From contig NC_003902.1 of NCBI RefSeq assembly GCF_000007145.1, positions 3,866,497-3,898,496 on the forward strand: a stretch of 32,000 nt of DNA. Direction: 5' to 3'. The position numbers were made by a program, and so were the translations under genes. The stretch is from Xanthomonas campestris pv. campestris str. ATCC 33913 (GTDB taxonomy: Bacteria; Pseudomonadota; Gammaproteobacteria; Xanthomonadales; Xanthomonadaceae). The notes under the pieces are model-generated. The model saw only the letters and a list, made by a program, of their open reading frames with translations. It was not told the origin of the DNA and searched no databases. Of this stretch, positions 18,741 through 26,110 are shown piece after piece. The stretch's first letter is position 1. Every line of letters starts with the position of its first letter.

Positions 18741-21506
18741 ATGCTCAAGCCTGTTGCGTTGCTCACCCCGCGCCCGTCACCGTCGCGCGACCTCCCCCTT
18801 CCCGATTGGCTGCTCGCCAGCAAGCTGGAGCCGCCGTTGCCGCGTGTCGGCGCGGTTGTGCGTGGCGGCCTGCTGGCCGTGCTGGATCAGGCGCAGGCGC
18901 GGCCGCTGACCCTGCTGCTGGCACCGCCCGGCTTCGGCAAGAGCACGCTGCTGACGCAGTGGCATGCGCAGCTGCTGGCGCGCGAGCCGGTCGCCGTGGC
19001 ATGGCTGTCGCTGGATGAAGAAGACGCCGAGCCCGCGCGCTTTCTCGGCCATCTCGCGCTTGCCCTGCAAGGCGCCGGTGCGGACCCTGCCCTGTGCGCG
19101 CCAGCCCTGCACGGCCGCGACCACGATCCGCGCGACGCACTCAATGCGCTGATCCGCGCCCTGCGCGCGGCACCGCGCCGCATCAGCGTGATCCTGGACG
19201 ACTACGACCGCCCCGGCGGCAGCGCGATCGACGAGCTGGTGTTGCGGCTGATCGAACACGCTGGTGGCCGCCTGCACCTGCTGTTGTCCACCCGCCGCGT
19301 CCCTGGCCTGCCACTGGCGCGGCTGGAATTGCAGGCCCAGCTCACGCGCGTCGGCAGCGGCGAACTGGCGCTGGACGAGGACGAAGCACAGGCGCTGCTG
19401 GGTGCGCAGGTGGCGGCCCCGGTGGTGGACGAACTACGCCGCTATACCGAAGGCTGGCCGGTCGCCCTGCATCTGGCCCGGCTGTGGCTGGAAGGCGGCG
19501 CACAACGCCAGCAGGAAGTGGCCACGCGGTTTTCCGGGCGCAACGCACAGATTGCTGCGTATCTGGCCGAACAGGTGGTCAACGACCTGGATGCGGACAC
19601 GCGCGACCTGTTGCTGCGCACCAGCCCGCTGGAGCGGGTCAACGCGGCGCTGGCCGATGCGGTACGCCAGCGCGACGACAGTGGCCGGCTGTTGGCCGGG
19701 CTGGAACATTTCCATGGCTTGCTGATCCCGCTGGATGGCGAGCGCGAATGGTTCCGTTACCACCCGTTGTTCGCAGATTTCCTGCAGCAGTTGCTCGATC
19801 GCGAACATCCCGCCGGCGCGCTGCAGATTCACCAGCGTGCCGCGCGCTGGTTCGGCGAACACCAGTACCTGTCCGACGCGGTCCGTCACGCCTCGCGCGG
19901 CGAATGCGGCGACCTGGCCGCCAGCTACGTGGCACGCGCCGGCACCTGGCAGTTGCTGCTCACCCATGGCACCCATCAGGTGCGCGCGCTGCTGCGCCAC
20001 TTCGACCACCGCACCATCCGCGACACGCCTGCGTTGAATCTCACCCAGGCGCATCTGCACATGAAGCTGGGCGAGTTCAGTCATGCCCGTCTGCTGCTGG
20101 AGCGCTTTCGCGATTTTCCCGCCGCGCTGCGCGAGCCGTTGCAACGCGACTACACCGTGGTGGTGGCAGCACTGCGCGAGCGGCTGGATGAAATCTGCGG
20201 CAACCCGCATGGCCTGACCCAGATCGCGGGCCAGGCGGCCGCGCTGGACGAAGACGACCATCTTGGCCGCGGCATGCTGCTGTGCATCTGCGCCGCCACC
20301 GCACTCGCGCAAGGTGGCTTCGCGCTGGCCGAGCGCTATGCGCATGGCGGGCGCGAGGCCATGGGACGCGGCGGCAGCGAGCTCGGCACCGGTCATGCAC
20401 TGCTGGTGCTGGGGCAGAGTTTTTTCTATCGCGGCCGGCTGGGCGATGCCGAGGCGTGCTATCAGCACGCACTCAACGGCTGCCTGCGTGCGCCGCAGCC
20501 AGACCGCGTCCTGCAGGCCACCGCACACTGCCTGCTGGCGCAATTGCATTACGAACGCGGGCACCACGACGATGCCGCCGACCTGCTGCATCCGGCGCTG
20601 GACATCCTGGAGCAGCACGACGGCAGCACCGACGTGCTGGCCGCCGGCTACGACACCGCGCTGGGGCTGGAGCGCCTGCGCGATCACAGTGGCCGCAGCG
20701 CGGCCGCTTTGCTGGAACACGTGGAGCAGATTGCACACGGGCGCAAGCTCGCGCGCCTGTCCGAACTGGCCGCCGCCTGGCGCTTGATGGTGATGCTGGA
20801 GCACCCGGGCAACGCCGCCATCGATGTGCTGATTGCACGCACCGGCGGCGAATCCGGGCTGGCGCATACCCTGCGCTCGCCGCACCGCTGGCGCGACCGA
20901 GCAGCGATGGGGTTCGCGCTAGCGCGCTGGCATCGCCTGGCCGGCCGCAGCAGCGCGGCGCTGACCATCCTGGGCCAGATCGAACAGGCCTGCCTTGCCA
21001 GCGACAACCTCTGCCACCTGGCACGCACCCGCGCACGCATCGCCCTGGTACTGCAACAGCGTGGTGAACTGGCTGCGGCATTGCCGTATCTGTACAGCGC
21101 GCTGGACCACGTTGCGCTGACCCGCAGCTGGCAAGCCATTGCAGAACTGGGGCTGCCGGCAAAAGCGATGCTGCGCTCGCTACGCCAGCACGACCCGCAG
21201 ACCGTGGCCGGCACCACCCGCGCGCTCACCATCCAGGCCTTGCTGGACAGGCTCAGTGGCGACGACGATCCGGCCAACGATCTGTTTAGCGAACGCGAAC
21301 TGGAAGTGCTTGCGCAACTGGCGCGCGGCTATTCCAACAAGCAGATCGCACGCTGCCTGCACCTGTCGGAAAACACCGTCAAATTTCACTTGAAGAACGT
21401 GTACCGCAAGCTCGATGCACGCAGCCGCGAAGGTGCACTGGCGCAGGCCTTGCAGCGCGGCTTGTTGCGCGAGATGGACCCACCAACAGGGCCAACCACA
21501 CTCTGA
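18741..21506 (+). CDS. Large ATP-binding LuxR-family regulator (MalT/LAL type)
   Basis: ~921 aa from ATG 18741; the ORF also opens at 18681. It has an N-terminal Walker A (LLLAPPGFGKSTLL), a long helical/TPR-like middle and a C-terminal LuxR HTH (SERELEVLAQLARGYSNKQIARCLHLSENTVKFHLKNVYRKLDARSR). Confidence 0.85.
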   Translation: MLKPVALLTPRPSPSRDLPLPDWLLASKLEPPLPRVGAVVRGGLLAVLDQAQARPLTLLLAPPGFGKSTLLTQWHAQLLAREPVAVAWLSLDEEDAEPARFLGHLALALQGAGADPALCAPALHGRDHDPRDALNALIRALRAAPRRISVILDDYDRPGGSAIDELVLRLIEHAGGRLHLLLSTRRVPGLPLARLELQAQLTRVGSGELALDEDEAQALLGAQVAAPVVDELRRYTEGWPVALHLARLWLEGGAQRQQEVATRFSGRNAQIAAYLAEQVVNDLDADTRDLLLRTSPLERVNAALADAVRQRDDSGRLLAGLEHFHGLLIPLDGEREWFRYHPLFADFLQQLLDREHPAGALQIHQRAARWFGEHQYLSDAVRHASRGECGDLAASYVARAGTWQLLLTHGTHQVRALLRHFDHRTIRDTPALNLTQAHLHMKLGEFSHARLLLERFRDFPAALREPLQRDYTVVVAALRERLDEICGNPHGLTQIAGQAAALDEDDHLGRGMLLCICAATALAQGGFALAERYAHGGREAMGRGGSELGTGHALLVLGQSFFYRGRLGDAEACYQHALNGCLRAPQPDRVLQATAHCLLAQLHYERGHHDDAADLLHPALDILEQHDGSTDVLAAGYDTALGLERLRDHSGRSAAALLEHVEQIAHGRKLARLSELAAAWRLMVMLEHPGNAAIDVLIARTGGESGLAHTLRSPHRWRDRAAMGFALARWHRLAGRSSAALTILGQIEQACLASDNLCHLARTRARIALVLQQRGELAAALPYLYSALDHVALTRSWQAIAELGLPAKAMLRSLRQHDPQTVAGTTRALTIQALLDRLSGDDDPANDLFSERELEVLAQLARGYSNKQIARCLHLSENTVKFHLKNVYRKLDARSREGALAQALQRGLLREMDPPTGPTTL

Positions 21507-21513
21507 GTTCAGC

Positions 21514-21577
21514 CGCGCATCACAGCCGTGGCTGGATGCGCGACAGGCGTAGAGCGATGCAGCGCGTGCGCTGCATC
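21514..21577. terminator. Two tandem GC hairpins between the convergent regulator and azurin genes
   Basis: The first is cgcgcatc-a-cagcc-gt-ggctg-gatgcgcg (21514-21542). The second is gatgcagcgc-gt-gcgctgcatc (21556-21577), which overlaps the azurin stop. Neither has a U-tract. Confidence 0.35.
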
Positions 21578-22025
21578 ACCCGAAGCGCAGCGTACCCTTC
21601 ATCATGGCCCAGTGGCCGGGGAACGAGCAGAAAAACGTATACGCGCCACCCTTGCTCAACTTGCTGGTCGGGAAGGTCACCGTGGCGGTTTCGCCAGCGC
21701 CGATCACCTTGGTGTGCGCGATCACGCGCGGGTCGGCCTTGGGCAGGTAGCTGTCGGCGATGGTGGAGCGCACGCCGGCGTTGGCCACGGCCTGGAAATC
21801 GTCGCTCTTGGTCAGCACCCAGTTGTGCCCCATCACCGTGGCGGCAAGTTTGCCGGAGTGCTTGAGCGTCACGGCGACTTCGGTGCAATCGGGAGCGATC
21901 GTGATCGCGCTCTGGTCGAATTTCATCTGGTCGGTACCGGTGATGGTCACCGCACAGGTCTTCGCCCACGCTGATGGTGCCAATGACACCAGCGCAAGCA
22001 CGGCAATGGTCGAAAGCAGCTTCAA
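21576..22025 (-). CDS. azu: Azurin (blue copper electron carrier), Sec signal peptide
   Basis: 149 aa if started at TTG 22025, with AGGAG 7 nt upstream. The signal is (M)KLLSTIAVLALVSLAPSAWA. The mature part aligns by eye with P. aeruginosa azurin (DQMKFD, VMGHNWVL, RVIAHTK, FFCSFPGHWAMMKGTL, which carries the Cys/His/Met copper ligands). Confidence 0.9.
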   Translation of the reverse strand: MKLLSTIAVLALVSLAPSAWAKTCAVTITGTDQMKFDQSAITIAPDCTEVAVTLKHSGKLAATVMGHNWVLTKSDDFQAVANAGVRSTIADSYLPKADPRVIAHTKVIGAGETATVTFPTSKLSKGGAYTFFCSFPGHWAMMKGTLRFG

Positions 22026-22187
22026 GGACACACTCCTGCAAAAAGGGTTGCGCGCTGCCCGGCCACGTAGATGCCGGTGCCGGATGCCTGACGCGGCGCG
22101 CATGCGTCGGCGCCGTCAGAGTACCGCGAGCAGGCACGCGGCAGGCAACCCCTGCCCGATGTTTTTTGTCGCACGCGGCGCCCTGCG

Positions 22188-23387
22188 CTAGGCGTAGCGG
22201 AAGAAGGCATCCATCGGCGTCTGTACGCTTGCGGTGGCGTCGGGCAGCGGCAACGGGCCACGTTTGCCGGCCATGACCTGCACGAAGGCCTGCTTGAAGC
22301 GCGCCATCTCCTCGGGCGTGCCCACCGTGATCCGCGACCAGGTGGGCCACACCGGCCAGCTGCGGCCGATAAATACACCGAAGGTGGCCATGGCGTCCTT
22401 GAAGCCGGCCGCAGGCTGTTTTACATCGACCATGAAGCAGTTGCTTTCCGAAGCGGTGCAGGCATAGCCCTGCTTGGTGAGGAAGTCGATGACATCGGCG
22501 CGGGTGGCCGCAGTGCGTGCGCGCCGTTGCGGCACCAGCGTGGCATCGCGCAGGCTGGCCAGGCCCGCCGCGGCCGCGGTCACCGGCAGGCTGTTGACGC
22601 TGTAGAACATCAGCTTGGCCAGCAGGTCCGGGCGTGCTGCCGCATAGCCCAGGCGGATGCCGGCCATGCCGTAGAGCTTGGAGAAGGTGCGCAGTACCAC
22701 CACGTCTTCTCCCGCGGCCACCATGTCCACCACGCTGCGGGTGCTCTGCGCGAAATGGATGTAGGCCTCGTCCACCACCAAAATGCTGTCCTTGGGCTTG
22801 TGCGCCAGCGCGTAGTCCAGATCCTTGCGTGCGGTCACTGAGCCAGTGGGATTATTGGGATTGCAGATGTAGATCACGCCAGCGTTGGCATCGGCTGCGC
22901 ACATCGCCTGCACGTCGTGCGAGAAGTCCTTGCGCAACGGCACCTTGACCAGCTTGGCGCCATTGCGGGACGCAGCGCGCCAGCCGGATTCGTAGGTGGG
23001 GTCGGCGCTGACCAGCGCGGCACTGGGCGAGGTGAAGGCCAGCATCGTGTAGTCCAGCGGCTCGGTAGAACCGGCATAGGCCATCAGGTGGTTCACCGGC
23101 AGCTTGAGCTCAGCGGCCAGGGTGGTCATCAGTTCCATCTGCAGCTCACGCAGATATCGCCCACCCTGCGGCGCAATCTGGGTGATTGCCTTGATCGCCG
23201 CAGCACACGGGCCATCGGGAAACTCGTTGGAGCCGATCATCACCGGCGCCATTGCGCCCGCTGCGGCAGGCGCGATGGCGGCCGAGCGTTCGGCGGCGCT
23301 GGCCAGCAGCGGCAGGGCGCCCCCGGCGGCACCGGCAAACAGGGCGGAATCACGCAGGAACCTGCGGCGCGACAGAGCGGTATGCAT
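22188..23387 (-). CDS. Class I/II PLP-dependent aminotransferase (HisC-like) with twin-arginine signal peptide
   Basis: 399 aa from ATG 23387, with GGAGG 7 nt upstream. The N-terminus MHTALSRRRFLRDSALFAGAAGGALPLLASA fits the Tat consensus S/T-R-R-x-F-L. The PLP lysine context is RTFSKLYGMAGIRLGY. Confidence 0.85.
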   Translation of the reverse strand: MHTALSRRRFLRDSALFAGAAGGALPLLASAAERSAAIAPAAAGAMAPVMIGSNEFPDGPCAAAIKAITQIAPQGGRYLRELQMELMTTLAAELKLPVNHLMAYAGSTEPLDYTMLAFTSPSAALVSADPTYESGWRAASRNGAKLVKVPLRKDFSHDVQAMCAADANAGVIYICNPNNPTGSVTARKDLDYALAHKPKDSILVVDEAYIHFAQSTRSVVDMVAAGEDVVVLRTFSKLYGMAGIRLGYAAARPDLLAKLMFYSVNSLPVTAAAAGLASLRDATLVPQRRARTAATRADVIDFLTKQGYACTASESNCFMVDVKQPAAGFKDAMATFGVFIGRSWPVWPTWSRITVGTPEEMARFKQAFVQVMAGKRGPLPLPDATASVQTPMDAFFRYA

Positions 23388-23419
23388 GGTGAACCTCCAG
23401 CAAGATGACGAAGACGAAC

Positions 23420-23923
23420 TCAAGGACGCACGGCAACCACTTCGATCTCTACCCGGTACAACGGGTTGCCCAGCGCGGCGATCTGAAACGCCGAGCGCGC
23501 CGGCAGATTGGGTTGCTCCTTGGTGCCGAAATACTGCCGGTAGCCCTCCATGAATCCGTTGAAATCCATCTTGCCGTCCATGGCCGGATCGCCGACCAGG
23601 AACACCTGCATCTTCACCACATCGCCCATCCCCAGGCCCAGCGATTCCAGCTGCTGCTTGATCTGCGCAAGCACGCTGATGGTCTGCGCATTGGTATCGC
23701 CGTAGGCGGCGGCCGAGCCCTTCGGCGCTGTGGTATCCACCACCGCCGGCACCTTGCCGCTGACATACACGGTGGCCTTGCCGGCCGGTACCTCCACGGC
23801 CGCGGCAATCGGGAAATCGCTATTGGGAATCTTGTGGCGGATCACCTCGGCGGCCTGTGCGGCGGCAACACTTCCACACCACAGCACGGCGGCGGTGGCG
23901 GCAATCACGGCGGGACGGAACAT
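23420..23923 (-). CDS. RidA/YjgF family imine deaminase with Sec signal peptide
   Basis: 167 aa from ATG 23923, with AAGGAG 6 nt upstream. The signal is MFRPAVIAATAAVLWCGSVAAAQA. The C-terminal PARSAFQIAAL...RVEIEVVAV matches the E. coli RidA PARSCVEVA...KIEIEAIAV region, including the Arg needed for imine hydrolysis. Confidence 0.85.
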   Translation of the reverse strand: MFRPAVIAATAAVLWCGSVAAAQAAEVIRHKIPNSDFPIAAAVEVPAGKATVYVSGKVPAVVDTTAPKGSAAAYGDTNAQTISVLAQIKQQLESLGLGMGDVVKMQVFLVGDPAMDGKMDFNGFMEGYRQYFGTKEQPNLPARSAFQIAALGNPLYRVEIEVVAVRP

Positions 23924-23948
23924 GGCAACTCCTTGCATGAGGAAACGG

Positions 23949-24374
23949 TCAGTGGCGCAGCAGTTTGACGTCGTCGACAGTAACCACTTCGGCGTGGTCA
24001 TTACCGAAATGAGTTCGCACATAGCTCACCACTTCGGCCACCTGGCGGTCGGTGAGCATGTCACCGAAACCCGGCATGCCGGCGTGGCCGTCGAGCACCA
24101 TCATGGTGACGTACGGCGCGGCGGCGAGTTTGGGGTTGCCGGCCAGCGCCGGATATTCGCCCGCCCCCTGCACCCCAGTGCCGCTGGGCATGTGACAGCC
24201 CTGGCACACGGCCTGGTAGACATGCTGGCCGGAGGCGGTGGCAAAGCCTTTCTGCGGATACAGCGCGGTGGCATCGGAACTCTGCGCCTGTGCATCGTGC
24301 AGGCCAGGCGGCAGCAGCAATGCACCGATGCACAGCACCGCTGCCGCAGCGAACACACGGGGGAACAGCGTCAT
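23949..24374 (-). CDS. Monoheme class I cytochrome c with signal peptide
   Basis: 141 aa from ATG 24374. The signal is MTLFPRVFAAAAVLCIGALLLPPGLHDAQA. There is a single CQGCH heme site and a distal Met candidate in HAGMPGFG. The start overlaps the stop of the upstream flavoenzyme gene (ATGA at 24374-24371). Confidence 0.85.
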   Translation of the reverse strand: MTLFPRVFAAAAVLCIGALLLPPGLHDAQAQSSDATALYPQKGFATASGQHVYQAVCQGCHMPSGTGVQGAGEYPALAGNPKLAAAPYVTMMVLDGHAGMPGFGDMLTDRQVAEVVSYVRTHFGNDHAEVVTVDDVKLLRH

Positions 24375-25978
24375 GCGCGAGCTCCTTGGGCAAGCACCTT
24401 GCGATGCAGGCGGCCGACCACGTCGTGCGCGGACAAGATCGCGCCCTCCTGCCAGGCCGGGATGTAAGACACGTGCTCGCCGGCCAGCGCCAGGCGGCCA
24501 TCGATCTGGCACAGCGGCGCGTAATGCTCGGCGCGCGCGGCCTCGCTCCACATGCCAAAGCACCCATGCGTAAACGGCACACGATGCCAGCCCACTGCAA
24601 TGCCGGTTTCGAATTCGCGTGGATATTGCGGATGCAATTGCGTGCCGTATTCGACCGCCTTGCGCACACGCTGCTCCGGGGACATCGAGGTGAACTGGTA
24701 GGCGTCCAAACCCCAGACGTAGGCGCCCAGCAACACACCCTTGCCGGGGCTGTGATAGCCGGTACTGGGATAGCTGATCAGCGTGATCGGCAGATCCGTG
24801 TAGCTGATGCCGCCGTAGATCACCTCGTCCTCTTCCCAGAAGCGGCGCTTGAACTGCAGCCCCACCTTCACCGACGCCGCATACGGCACCTTGCCGATCG
24901 CCGTGGTCATCGCATCGCTGGCAGTGGCCGGGATGCGGCTCAAGACCGAGAGGGGGATCGTGCAGATGCACCAGTCGGCACTGGCCACCTGTTCGGCGCC
25001 ACCGCGCGCGGCATCCTGCCAGGACACGCGCACGCCGCTGCCGTCCTGATCAATCCTGGTGACCTTGGCGTTATAGGTGATGGCATTGCCGAGCTGGCGG
25101 GCAAACGCCTTGCCGATCTGGTCCATGCCGCCCACCGGCTGGAACATGGTGGTCTGCATTTCGTAGTTGTTACCAGCCGCCAGCGTGGTCCACAGCCGTG
25201 ACCGCAGCACGTCCTGCACGCTGAAGGGATCGGAAAACTCCGGTTTGCCGGACAAACCGCCACCCGGGTAGCGCGCAAAGCCGCGGCGCTCGCTGCTGTC
25301 CTTGCCCTTGACGTAGCCAAAGCGTTTGTCGAGCGCGCCCCAGGTGCGCAGCGATTCGAGCAGGATCTGCTGATCCTCAGTGCTCACCAGGCTGTCCAGT
25401 GCGTGTTGCTGGGTGCACTTGGCCAGCAGTTCGGAGACATGGCCCTTGTAGTCCGCATCGATGGCGCGGAAGCGCTGCGGCTTGCCATCGAAGCCGTGCT
25501 GGCTGTGCAGCAAGGCGTTGTAGTTGACCTGATTGAATGCCTCCAGCGCCACGCCGAACTGCTTGCAGTAACTCAGCACCGCGCGGTGGTGATGCGGGAT
25601 GCGCCACGGACCGGGATTGAGGTAATGGCCCTCATCGAACTGGCAGTGCTGCGCCGCGCCACCGAGTTCGGTGTAACGGTCGCCGCCGCGCAGTGTCCAG
25701 TTCCGGCCGCCCGGGCGGTCGTTGTATTCCAGCACCTGTACGCGGTACCCCGCCTTGCGCAATTCGAACGCCGCCGTCATGCCCGCCAGGCCGGCACCGA
25801 GAATCAGCACCGATGCCCCCTTGGCGTCGCCATCGAGTTGCAGCGGCCCGGTAAAGGTGGATTCGGCCGCCATGCCCAGGCTGCTCATCGCCTGATACAT
25901 CATCGCGCCGCCCGCGGTCATGCCGATCCGTGCCAGCAGCTGCCGGCGTGTCATTGCCCCAGTGTGTTTGCCTTGCAT
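24371..25978 (-). CDS. Flavin amine-oxidase-fold enzyme with twin-arginine signal peptide
   Basis: 535 aa from ATG 25978; TTG 25981 and ATG 25954 are alternatives. The Tat signal is TRRQLLARIGMTAGGAMMYQAMSSLGMA. It has an FAD dinucleotide fold (VLILGAGLAGMTAAFELRKAGYRVQVLEYNDRPGGR) and length and architecture typical of the monoamine / L-amino-acid oxidase family. Confidence 0.85.
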   Translation of the reverse strand: MQGKHTGAMTRRQLLARIGMTAGGAMMYQAMSSLGMAAESTFTGPLQLDGDAKGASVLILGAGLAGMTAAFELRKAGYRVQVLEYNDRPGGRNWTLRGGDRYTELGGAAQHCQFDEGHYLNPGPWRIPHHHRAVLSYCKQFGVALEAFNQVNYNALLHSQHGFDGKPQRFRAIDADYKGHVSELLAKCTQQHALDSLVSTEDQQILLESLRTWGALDKRFGYVKGKDSSERRGFARYPGGGLSGKPEFSDPFSVQDVLRSRLWTTLAAGNNYEMQTTMFQPVGGMDQIGKAFARQLGNAITYNAKVTRIDQDGSGVRVSWQDAARGGAEQVASADWCICTIPLSVLSRIPATASDAMTTAIGKVPYAASVKVGLQFKRRFWEEDEVIYGGISYTDLPITLISYPSTGYHSPGKGVLLGAYVWGLDAYQFTSMSPEQRVRKAVEYGTQLHPQYPREFETGIAVGWHRVPFTHGCFGMWSEAARAEHYAPLCQIDGRLALAGEHVSYIPAWQEGAILSAHDVVGRLHRKVLAQGARA

Positions 25979-26075
25979 CAACGCGTGTACCCCTGCATGT
26001 CATGGACCGGACCCGACCAACTACCGTGCGCTGTGCCTGCGGCAACCGCGCGCACCCTGCAGCGCCACTCACACA

Positions 26076-26101
26076 CGCGGCCGGCAACACGGCCGGCCGC
26101 G
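26076..26101 (-). terminator. GC hairpin 10 nt after the receptor stop (possible attenuator or processing site)
   Basis: cgcggccgg / 8-nt loop / ccggccgcg. There is no U-tract, and it lies in the ~130-nt gap before the flavoenzyme gene. Confidence 0.3.
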
Positions 26102-26110
26102 TTGGCGCCG

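Noticed and set aside
19434-20885. 483-aa minus-strand ORF (and several 100-365-aa ORFs in 19.0-21.3 kb)
   Set aside because: They are antisense to, or out of frame with, the LuxR/MalT-type regulator, and are Arg/Ala/Pro-rich shadow ORFs.
22026-22187. ANR/FNR box upstream of azurin
   Set aside because: I looked for TTGAT-N4-ATCAA in the 162-nt gap and found no match. Whether azurin has its own promoter or is read through from the aminotransferase gene remains open.
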